DNA from: Selaginella moellendorffii
Taxonomy: Eukaryota; Plantae; Lycopodiophyta
NCBI RefSeq assembly: GCF_000143415.4
Contig: NW_003314437.1
Coordinates: 96,348 to 132,062, forward strand
Direction: 5' to 3'
Length of the DNA stretch: 35,715 nt
Position 1 is the stretch's first letter, and the number at the start of each line of letters is the position of its first letter. Under the pieces are notes generated by a model, which was not told the origin of the DNA, made no database searches, and saw only the letters and a list, made by a program, of their open reading frames with translations. This document shows, piece by piece, positions 24,341-34,520 of the stretch. The translations under genes and the position numbers were made by a program.

Positions 24341-25777
24341 AAACCATCACCATGCCCTAGTGATTTGGGACTCAAACCCAAGCACTAGAGGGTCGGGACT
24401 CGAACCCAACCTCCGTATATGCATCTACGGACGGCATCACCCAGGATGCTTGGCATGATTCATCATGCTGGTGCACCAACTTATATTTAAAGCGCGCTAC
24501 AGATCACAGCTTAGGAACCTAGTTCCTCCACACTGCCAAGTCCTCTCACTTGACAAGTCTGTGATCATGCATGGACTCCTCCATGCTTGGCCCATGGCTC
24601 ACCCTTTTTGAAGTTATCACCTTCAACTAGGGTATTTGTTCGCCCGACTTGCCAATCTCGCTTGGCAAGTCTTCCGACCACTGTAACATGGTTCCTGCAT
24701 AAGCGTGAAAGTCCTTGCCCATCGACTTTCGTTCAAAGCCCTCTCTTTGAACACTCGGGAACTACTTCCCTAACCTTGATAGCCTTGCCTCATGGCAAGC
24801 TTCAAGACCACGCTTCTGCTGCGCCACTCTGATTTTGCGCGTTCCATTGAACCATTTACACTTTGGCCTTTCTAGGTACTAAGCTACTTAGAATCGTCTT
24901 TGGGAACCTTGAAGGAACTCTGTCCCTTAGCTTGCTAAGGCCTCCTTTTTTGCAAGCTTTATAGTTGCCATATAGTCTAACATGGACAATTCCATATTTT
25001 AGACTCCCTATGGCATCACGGTTGTTAGCAACAACATCCTCGAGCACCCTCTTGATTCTCCACTCCCCACTTGCATAACCACCGTTGGATATGCCCTTCA
25101 ATTTCTATGGTTCAGTTCTATCCCAATACTACTTGCCTTTTGGCCCCATATGTTTCCTTTGGTTATTCTCCTCCAGATTAGGAGGATAGCTTTGCACATT
25201 TTACTATGCCTTAGCAAGTATTCTTAGAGATGAACCTACCCGATAGCTTAGGGAGTGTTCCTCAATCTTGGCTATGCTCACCTTATAATCCCATACATCG
25301 GGATTAACGTTGTGCTTATGGGCCTTACATTCGACCTATATGTNNNNNNNNNNNNNNNNNNNNNNNNNNNNNNNNNNNNNNNNNNNNNNNNNNNNNNNNN
25401 NNNNNNNNNNNNNNNNNNNNNNNNNNNNNNNNNNNNNNNNNNNNNNNNNNNNNNNNNNNNNNNNNNNNNNNNNNNNNNNNNNNNNNNNNNNNNNNNNNNN
25501 NNNNNNNNNNNNNNNNNNNNNNNNNNNNNNNNNNNNNNNNNNNNNNNNNNNNNNNNNNNNNNNNNNNNNNNNNNNNNNNNNNNNNNNNNNNNNNNNNNNN
25601 NNNNNNNNNNNNNNNNNNNNNNNNNNNNNNNNNNNNNNNNNNNNNNNNNNNNNNNNNNNNNNNNNNNNNNNNNNNNNNNNNNNNNNNNNNNNNNNNNNNN
25701 NNNNNNNNNNNNNNNNNNNNNNNNNNNNNNNNNNNNGGATCTTATGATCCTCCCCATACGTCATGAGGCACCATACA

Positions 25778-26300
25778 TGTTAGGCGCCAGCTTTGACTAC
25801 GTGGTCAATGTCGGTCAAAGGGAGGCTCAAGGGGATATTAAGGCATGTTAAGGTAAGGGACTTAACCTACCCTAGGGCTCACAGTGGAGCGGTGGCGCAG
25901 TGGAGTTTTTGAGGTAGCTTGGGGTTGATTGGCTGGTGAGGAACCTCAAGAGGTGGCGTAGTATAGTCTAGGGCAACTAGATCTTTGTCTTTTTGCGCCG
26001 GATCATAACATTGGTATCAGAGCCCAGTTCGATTCTCATGGCTGACGAGAGGGGCAGGAATATTCTGAAGGAATATTCAACATGGTGGATCTAGAGGGAG
26101 AACCAAGGTTTGGTAGACCCTAAGAGAAGAACCATGGTGACCGGAGGGTGGCCTAAGTATGATCCCGGACGATCATTCCCTGACGAGGGGGAGGATTGTT
26201 AGGCACCAGGTCAGGATAATAGGATAAGGAAAGGGCCTTGCAATCAAGTGATCACCCCTTTAGCCAGTTGGCTTAGGGTGTAAGGGATAGGATCCTAACA
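25778..26300 (+). mobile_element. 5' LTR (composite type, copy 2)
   Basis: TGTTAGG...CCTAACA perfect 7-bp inverted termini, followed by a PBS. Homologous to 1194-1693. Confidence 0.92.
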
Positions 26301-26301
26301 A

Positions 26302-26313
26302 TGGTATCGGAGC
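26302..26313 (+). promoter_or_regulatory. Primer binding site (tRNA-iMet type)
   Basis: tggtatcggagc lies 1 nt after the LTR end. A second, perfect TGGTATCAGAGC lies inside the LTR at 26012-26023. Confidence 0.85.
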
Positions 26314-26910
26314 CATATTGTGACATCTACGGGTGTCAAGACGGATCCAAGGAAGGTGGCTGTGGTGGAAAACTGGCCTACACCGACTACAGTGGCCGAG
26401 TTGCGCAGTTTTCTTGAGGTGGCTATTCCTTTGACGCAGATGCTACGCAAGAATGTGCCATTCGAGTGGAAGATGCCACAAGAGGAGAGTTTTGTGGCAC
26501 TGAAACGATTGTTGAGCGAGGCTCCAGTGCTTTGCATTGCTGATCCATCGAAACCTTACGAGGTGACATGCGATGCGAGTGGTTATGCACTGGGAGGAGT
26601 TCTCATGCAAGAGGGACAGCCTATTGCATATGAGAGTCGAACTTTGAATTCTGCTGAGCAACGCTATTCCACATATGAGCAAGAGTTACTCTCTATTGTT
26701 CATGCTTTGCGGACGTGGCGGCACTATCTTTATGGTGCAGTGTTCGTGGTGTTGACAGATCACAAACCACTTGTGTATCTTTTCACACAGAAGGAGTTGA
26801 CACTAGGCAGCTCGTTGGATGGTCAAACTCATGGAGTTTGGGGAGTTTCCTATTGAGCATCGTCGCGGGAAAGTCAAATGTGGTGGCGGATGCTTTATCT
26901 CGTGTTCGTC
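26314..26910 (+). pseudogene. Ty3/gypsy RT C-terminus/RNase H fragment
   Basis: HIVTSTGVKTDPRKV..WPTP...LRSFL, TCDASGYALGGVL, YEQELL, TDHKPL and NVVADALSR. Frameshifts occur near 26810 and 26870. Confidence 0.93.
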
Positions 26911-27014
26911 ATGTNNNNNNNNNNNNNNNNNNNNNNNNNNNNNNNNNNNNNNNNNNNNNNNNNNNNNNNNNNNNNNNNNNNNNNNNNNNNNNNNNNNNNN
27001 NNNNNNNNNNNNNN

Positions 27015-27538
27015 TGACATGTATTTCCTCGACACAGGTTGGCTTCTTCTTTTATTGACATTGCTGCTGACAATATGGTTGCCGTTTTTCTGTGAAAAGA
27101 TGTTGGAGGGAGAAAGATCCATCAGAACCAAAACTATCCATGCGTAAGGAACTTAAGAGAAGGCGGCAAGAGTAACGTGCCACGCCATTCGTGCTAGACA
27201 AGCAACGGGATGCGGACAAGAGCTTGGTTTCATCTCACGGAGGTATCTGCAGAAAACCTTGGACCTCTCCAAATTTTCCCTGTCAAACTCATGCTACAGA
27301 GTTTCAAGCTCACGTTCAGCCGCTAGGCGAGAAGATGTTTGAGGCTAGAGTAAGCGACGTATTCAACTATGGATACACGCTAGAAGCCTCCATCGATGGG
27401 AAGCTCTTCCATGGGCTGCTCCTCTCGTACAAGCCTGGCTTTGCTCAGGCAGTGCAATCTTACATCCTCAGTTACTCTCTAATGCCAGGAAGGAAGACAT
27501 CACAGGAGGAAACCACAGGACGTCCAAAAAGGCTGTAG
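27015..27538 (+). pseudogene. 3' fragment of plant kelch-repeat protein gene
   Basis: DMYFLDT (end of a kelch repeat), [intron] KLSMRKELKRRRQE* with a stop at 27173, [intron] FEARVSDVFNYGYTLEASIDGKLFHGLL, which resembles the C-terminal domain of plant kelch proteins. Confidence 0.6.
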
Positions 27539-27876
27539 TAAAGGCCAACCGAGCAAAGAGGAGTTCAAAGAAACCATGGATATCCATACCTGCTCTTCCT
27601 ATAATTATTAAAGTTTCACAAAGTCTTTATTACACAGCCTCACCTTTTTTTTGTTCTTCTGGATTATCAATTGTTTCTTCTTTGTCTACACAATACAAAA
27701 GATTGTTTTTTAGTAATGTGCTTTTTTTTTGTTAGTTTACCTTCTTTATAATCTTCTATGAACACGGACGTGAAAAGGTGATACACTGCTAGAATCCTTC
27801 CTAATCGACTCTCTTTTGCAGAGTGGGTGCTAATACATGGTCCCTACTTTACACTTCTATAACGCAAAAGCTACAG

Positions 27877-28352
27877 GCTTGCCACAAAGAGGGGTATAAA
27901 CTGGTGAAGTGCAATGATTTCCCTCCTCGGAAACGGTAGTGTGGTTGCTCTAGGATCTGACTGGCCTGTAAGCCTGTCAAATACTTTTTCTTCGGCGTTA
28001 CATGAATGGTTTGTCTCAAGGTGGTAGCAGTGAATCCACTTGGAGGAAACCGTACAGCCGTGGAGAGAACACTTCAGGCTGGAGTCATCCCGAGGAAAGG
28101 ATTTCTGCATGGGACGTAGTGGCAGGGTAAGAGATAACAGATGAGAAACTGAAATGCAGTTTTTGTTTTTGGATTCACAGGTACACATCCTCGGCTGTGT
28201 ATGCAGCTGCATTGGAGGATTTGGTTGGGTCGCTGACGCCAGGAAAGTTTGCTGACTTTGTGGTGTTGTCCGAGTCTCCTTTTGGACAGGGCACCGGCAT
28301 TTTTCCTCCAGTGGTTGTGTTCGTTGGTGGAAATTTTGCCTTCCCTTCTTAA
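27877..28352 (+). pseudogene. 3' fragment of amidohydrolase-3 (LAF3-like) gene
   Basis: VALGSDWP [intron] VNPLGG..TAVER [intron] YTSSAVYAAALEDLVGSLTPGKFADFVVLS...VFVGG. Disrupted, and the 5' part is absent. Confidence 0.8.
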
Positions 28353-28401
28353 GGCGTTATTCCATAATTATTTGGTCTTTTAAATATAGCATATTTGCGA
28401 G

Positions 28402-28525
28402 AAGATTGGTGAGGAGAAAGCAGCCAGAATCATCAAGCAGCTGGTAAAGACCTTCAAAGAGATTTATTTGAGGGGCGTGGTTCACCAGAATCTCAAGCTC
28501 GACAACATTCTTTCCAAGCTAAACA
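28402..28525 (+). pseudogene. Ser/Thr kinase (CDPK-like) subdomain VI fragment
   Basis: EEKAARIIKQLV...RGVVHQNLKLDNIL, a decayed HRDLK.EN.L motif. Confidence 0.65.
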
Positions 28526-29249
28526 TGCATGACAAGTGGTGATCAGCACCTTTAGGAGATATCACAACAGCGAAGTACATGGCAGCTGAGGTGGTGGAGA
28601 ACAAGGATTGGAGCTCTACATGGCAGCCATCGAAATGTGGGGGCTAGGAGCAATTTTATACAAGACGCTGGGAAAGGGAGGATACCAGCCAATGGAAGCA
28701 TTTGATCTCGTGTGACAGGGGGCGACCTCTGTTTCGGATCCACGGCCAACATCTTAGAAAAGGAGATCCTCCACTGCAAACAAGCAAGGACCAATCAGGT
28801 TCAGGTTCGATCAGGTTCTGCAACACCCATGGATTTGTCAAAAATTGCAGCATTAAGACCGACAAGCTGTGAAGGAGTGGTGTGAAAAGGAGTGCTCCCG
28901 GCCTTGAGAACAACTTGGGCATGAAGAAAGTTCGAGTGGCTTAAAAGAAAATGCCAGCAGTAAGTTCCTATTTCCTTTTCACCATTACTAACTTCATTTG
29001 CTTGCGTTTTTCTTTTTTGTATTCTCCGGACATCAACATCTCTTATGTCTATGGCTGGAAAACATTTTCAGTGGCTGCCGAGAACAACTGCAGAATGAAA
29101 ACAAGTTGGAACGAAAAGGAAAACGAGGGAGTTGAAATGTAAAGAAAGAATTGTAAAACGTTTATTGATATATAAATAAAGATCAAAGTTGAATCGAGAT
29201 CTTTCACTAATCATCCAATATATTAAACGAAAGAGCCTCATTGATCATT

Positions 29250-29468
29250 GCAGTAGGTGGCTCTAATTTTATATATATATATAAAATATTGGAAGTTTCA
29301 AACAAAATAATGTAAAATATGCAGCTTATTCACAATGAAATATTTTAGATACTGCTCAAGCAACGGAGATAAAAATCAGAAAACAAACACAATTCTAAAT
29401 GCAATGAGCAACTAATGGGTGGTCTTGATAAATTATTAAAAGAGATAAATCCCTATGCTAATGCATTT
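29250..29468 (+). mobile_element. Helitron RepHel N-terminal fragment, copy 1
   Basis: Direct repeat of 30440-30661, encoding decayed NIGSF...ILD...LDKLLKEINPYANAF. Confidence 0.75.
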
Positions 29469-29636
29469 GAGCTAATAGACAACTCAATATGAGTAGATTC
29501 ATTGATGAATGTGTAATAAGTCTGTTATTTACACTAATAATTTGTGCATTGATACATGGAAAATTTCAATCATGTTGAATCTACATACTGTGCCATGAAA
29601 AAACTTTCCCGGATTTTGTACATATTAAAGAGCGCT

Positions 29637-30032
29637 CTACATTTCCCTGGTGCTGCTGTTGTTGTCACATATGCAACCAGGAAACAGGTTGTCAAAATAT
29701 TAAATAGTCTTCGTGCTTTGGGATGGGAGCGGGAACTCTTAGAGCTGGGCCTGTCCTCACTTTGAGCAGCATTTTCACTTGAAACACAAATTCATCCCAA
29801 GATATATTCCCAGCTCCATAGCTATCAATGAGCCGAATAAGCTTTCGCCTGGAGGAAAGTGGAACGAAAGTTAGAGAATTGGAGAAACTATAAACATAGC
29901 ATGAAGCCATGTTTCCATCATGTGTGAACATGAAGACAGCCACTGCGTAATCCACAGCCGAGAGCCTGTTTTGGTACCTGGTGAGCGTTGAAAGCTCCTC
30001 ATAAATTGCCAATGTTGAATGCGAGTACACAC
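29637..30032 (-). pseudogene. 3' fragment of plant O-fucosyltransferase-family (DUF246/GT106) gene
   Basis: YSHSTLAIYEEL...QNRLSAVDYAVA..FTHDGNMA, RKLIRLID..GNISWDEF and terminal PGCIC. It carries internal deletions and a frameshift. Confidence 0.8.
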
Positions 30033-30236
30033 CTGGAAAGTTCTTCTTCAGTGACCTATCTATGTGAAATTGGTGATAGTCTGTCTACTACTGGCAATTC
30101 CTGTCATATGATTTCTTGTGTTCTTGTAACTACTGTTAGTAGCACAGTGAGACAAAAAAATAAAAAAAAAAAACAAAAAAAAAAAAAAAAATGGGTTTAA
30201 TGTCAGAGAATGAAAATGGTAAATGTGAGCAACATT

Positions 30237-30672
30237 CTTGGTAAGATGGAAAAACAATGCATACTTTGTAAGGCCCTTTTTTTTTATGGTGGAAAATGTT
30301 TTCAATTGTAATTGTGACAGGAGAATAGCAACTGAAAAATTACATCCTTTTCCATGCTTTCTCCAAAGACTATTAATTTTAAAGATTTAATACAAAATTA
30401 TAGTAGTGCAGCATCAATAGGTGCAAACATTGAAGAGATTGCAGTAGGTGGCCGTAACTATTTTAAGATATATGAACAAATTTAACATAATATTGGAAGT
30501 TTCAAACTAAATAATGAAAAATATTCACAATTATATATTTTAGATACCTCTCGAGCAATACAAATAAAAATGAAAAACAAACACAATTCTAAATGCCATG
30601 AGCAACTAATGGGAGATCTTGATAAATAATTAAAAGAGATAAATCCCTATGCTAATGCATTCACAATGTTGT
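30237..30672 (+). mobile_element. Helitron RepHel N-terminal fragment, copy 2 (Zn-finger + AQLYI.D region)
   Basis: LGKMEKQCILCKALFF..E..NCNC and ASIGANI...FKIYEQI*HNIGS...YSQLYILD...LKEINPYANAFTML. Confidence 0.82.
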
Positions 30673-31796
30673 CGAAAATAGAGAATCAAGTGTTAAATTC
30701 AACAAAAATTCAAGGAGGTTTACTATATATATATATATAAAAAGCAATTAGATAACTGATCCAAGATGATACAATGCACCAGGTTCAAATGACCGCTTCT
30801 ATGATTGAGACAANNNNNNNNNNNNNNNNNNNNNNNNNNNNNNNNNNNNNNNNNNNNNNNNNNNNNNNNNNNNNNNNNNNNNNNNNNNNNNNNNNNNNNN
30901 NNNNNNNNNNNNNNNNNNNNNNNNNNNNNNNNNNNNNNNNNNNNNNNNNNNNNNNNNNNNNNNNNNNNNNNNNNNNNNNNNNNNNNNNNNNNNNNNNNNN
31001 NNNNNNNNNNNNNNNNNNNNNNNNNNNNNNNNNNNNNNNNNNNNNNNNNNNNNNNNNNNNNNNNNNNNNNNNNNNNNNNNNNNNNNNNNNNNNNNNNNNN
31101 NNNNNNNNNNNNNNNNNNNNNNNNNNNNNNNNNNNNNNNNNNNNNNNNNNNNNNNNNNNNNNNNNNNNNNNNNNNNNNNNNNNNNNNNNNNNNNNNNNNN
31201 NNNNNNNNNNNNNNNNNNNNNNNNNNNNNNNNNNNNNNNNNTTATCATGCAATTCCAAAACTTTCAGTCTGAAATGAAGAAAAGAGAAACTCCATAACAA
31301 TGTTTATATTTTTTAAATTTAAAAGATGTGTGCACTTTAGGTGAGTTTTTAAATATATATTAAATATATTTTTAACATCATCATATTTGAGTGGAATTAT
31401 GTAATGCATACTTTATTAAGATAAAAAATTATAGAGATTAATAAATCATCAAATGATAATAATTTTATCAATTATATAGATATTTTTAAAAGAAAATATA
31501 AAAGTAGTTATTAAAAAAATGACTCATCTAGCCATGGGATCCCACAATGAGAAATTTGATTTATAGAAATCCAAGACTTCTTTCAATAATCAGAATTTTA
31601 AATATGATATAATGTGCTGAGTTATATTTATTATGTTATGATGTGTGTTGGTGATAGAATCAATTGTAGAAAAGATTTTTAATATAAAGATTATGTTATG
31701 TTTAACTATATATCTTATAATTATGATTATGTTAAAAAGTACAATTACACTTACAACTCTTTGAAATTATTAAAATATCAGAAATAAACACAATGT

Positions 31797-31823
31797 TCCC
31801 AGCGTAGCTGGGACTTTTGCTAG
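31797..31823 (+). mobile_element. Helitron 3' terminus (hairpin + CTAG|T)
   Basis: tcccagc-gta-gctggga cttttg CTAG then T, at the end of an AT-rich tract. The stem is identical to the end at 11446-11472. Confidence 0.88.
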
Positions 31824-32654
31824 TACTCCCTTATTTAAACGTGCTATTGGCATATGGCATCCGGTGTCTTTTATTCCATTTTTAGAATATTATTTCTGAA
31901 TATGCTTATAATCTAATGGCTGAAATTCAAAAACTTCAAATAGATGGCATGGATGAAGTGCTAAAGGGGTGGCAACGCTTCAATTAATGACGCTCCAAAT
32001 CAAGTGAAATTTTTTAGGGCAATCGGGCAAATTCATACAGGACAAGCTGCCTTTGGTGGGCGTGTGCATACCATTTGCGAAAGCCAGGATCGTGGATTGC
32101 TCATCGCTATTCGCAACACACGCACCTTGCCTGGGACAGGTCAAAGGTGGACAGTCTGAAGAACATAAGCTCCAGCTCCATGACGACTTCCCCACTGGCA
32201 ACCACTCCTGTTCGCCACATTTTCTGTGCCATACAGTCTTGTTGAAGGAAGGATATTTATACTCACTCAGTGGTCATGTCATTGTTTGAAATGACTTTGG
32301 AAGATCAAGAGACTGCGATGGTCTTTCATAGATTATTGCAAACCCAAGGTGCAAAAAAACCTTTGTCGTTGGTTTGTCTCTAAACATTTTTGCTGTGTGC
32401 TGGCCAGATCCTCGCCCCTGTATTTCCCATCCAGCCAGATTCCAAAGTCTCTGCAAGCCACAAACGTTCTCCAGGAGCTGGCTGTGAGGTGGAAGAAGCA
32501 ACGCATCCACAAACTCCATGGTTTCATGTGACTCCATGAACATGTCAAGGATGTGTCCAAGCTTGCTAAGTGCAACATGCTGCATGCGCTATTGGTGAAC
32601 AACCGATCAAGGTAGATTTAAAATTCTTTACTTTTTTCTGAAGACAATTTGCAG

Positions 32655-33327
32655 GGACTGCTGAATGCTGCAGCTATGGCTAGGCTGGCGCTTGGAGAAG
32701 CTTTGACGAATCTTGTTTGGGCTAAGGTACTCTCATCTTAATTGTGTTTACACACCTTATGATCTGTTTAACTTTGCAGGTTGAACTTGATTCCGAAATA
32801 TATGTACAATCCTGCTGTTGCTCTTCGTGACACTGTGATCGAGCTTGAGGTTGCAATAGAAGGTGGAAAGGACAGCTTGTCAATGGCTGTTCAAGCAGGT
32901 GGTGAAACTGTCAAGGCACTTGCGAATCTCGTCATTAGTCGTATGTGACTTGTTCAGACATTACACTCATCGTCACCCCTGATTTGAAGGTACTGAAATT
33001 CATATCCTTTCATTCAAATCTGATTACTTGCTTCTTCCAGATTGGAGAGGAAGTTGTTCTTTTGTTGGGACTGGCAAAGGTCGTCTAGGAGGTTTTGCAC
33101 TGGCCCAATTTTTTGATCAGGTCAGACAAACTGTGGTTTTCTTTCCTTGCTAGCTTCCACTATGCAGATTAGTGATACTTGCCTGGACGTTGAAATATTT
33201 AAAACGTGCCTTCAATGCGACACAGGTGATCATGTCATTCATCGGTTTTCTTTTTTAAACAATCTGGATTTTTCTGCGGACAGACCTTATTGGCAAGAAA
33301 CTTATTTCTGCAGGACATGATATCAGA
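32655..33327 (+). pseudogene. Internal multi-exon fragment of FGAM synthase (PUR4/PurL)
   Basis: AMARLALGEALTNLVWAK, AIEGGKDSLSMA, DITLIVTPDLK, RLGGFALAQFFDQ and LISAGHDI, separated by short introns. Frameshifts are present and both gene ends are missing. Confidence 0.9.
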
Positions 33328-33699
33328 GTTATAGTTTCATTGCTATCGTTTCATAGTTTCATTGTCTTTGCGAGAAATTATGGCATTGAAGTAGACATTC
33401 GGACACTCTAAGCATATCCATGGGAGGAGCTATTGCTACAGAAGTCGGGGATGAGACCACTGAACCATTAGAATCAGAAACAGATCAAGCATCAACTTAA
33501 ATGCAGTCAAAGACGTGTTCACAACCTTGAGCTTCAGGTATCCTCTATCCCTGCTTCATTGTAAGAGAGCGCCAGTGCTGAGAATTTCTTCTGTAACTTT
33601 TCCACCCCATACACCAGGGATGCATGAAGAACTGGGCATTCCAAGCTTTTTACACTATGCAGAAAGGAATCATACTATTCAACCAGAAGCCTTGCATGA

Positions 33700-34520
33700 G
33701 TATTGATTTCCTTATAAAAGCCAAGAAGTGGAGAAAATTCCTGAAGAGGTTGCCAGGTTCCTCCTGAGTGCCACAGGTCTCAACAGAGGCAGGATCCGAG
33801 TTGGCAACGTAAAATCTGGCTGGAAAATTATGGTTATGGTAACAAAGTTTTGAGTAATTTTGGACAAGGTATCAATGCTTTATCAATTACAGATTTTTAT
33901 TACTGCTGCAACAGATAGAGATAGCGGCATTATGCATCTTGCATTTGAACTGGTGGAGAAAGTTCAGAAATAACTTTCAACACATTACTGAAACCAAGAA
34001 CACAATATTCACAGACTGTGAATGGCATTCTTGCGTTCATAAGAAAACAAGTTTAGTGACGATATCAGCCTCAACACTCTCGCTTTTCTGCGTTTTTGCG
34101 CCTTGGTGAAGGAGAGCTCAGTACTTTCAGATAGTAACAAACACCAAGTTGTTCTGTGCGACTTCATTGGAATCATCAAAAGACAGCAATCAGTGATTTT
34201 GAGAAGTAAGTTTGTTATTACTCTCGTTACCACAGGCTGACGATTCATTCAGATGAGATTGTCAGTAAATTGTCATAACAACCAACGAGTTTATATGCCC
34301 AAGCAGACGTGTTTGCTTATGGCAAGGTCATTAAGGAATCTCTCGCAGTCTAAATGTTTCTTTCTTCATATCCCCGAGGAACCTTGAGCAGAAGGTGTTC
34401 TGGATTATTAGATTCTTCATAGAGTAAGTTCCTGAAGGTTCATTCCTTGCAGCTCTACAGTTACCTTGTTCTTGCAGACTTTCACAGGCAACCGTCCATC
34501 CCTAAGTGTGCTGTATTATA
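33700..34520 (+). pseudogene. Highly decayed divergent protein kinase-like fragment
   Basis: HLAFELVE (hinge-like), QVVLCDF (DFG-like) and ADVFAYG (subdomain IX-like) occur in the correct order, with many stops. Confidence 0.4.

Larger units (their letters stand above)
21085..25343. mobile_element. Probable degenerate retrotransposon internal/non-coding region
   Basis: Pyrimidine-rich on the plus strand, GC-richer than its flanks, with no recognisable exons or introns. It contains tandem repeats and an LTR-start-like TGTCACGAC at 24243. No diagnostic domain was recognised and the boundaries are approximate. Confidence 0.35.

Noticed and set aside
1194-26300. The two composite LTRs as ends of one 25-kb element
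   Set aside because: Copy 1 is preceded by PPT/integrase (a 3' LTR) and copy 2 is followed by a PBS (a 5' LTR), so the order is wrong. They are also clearly diverged.
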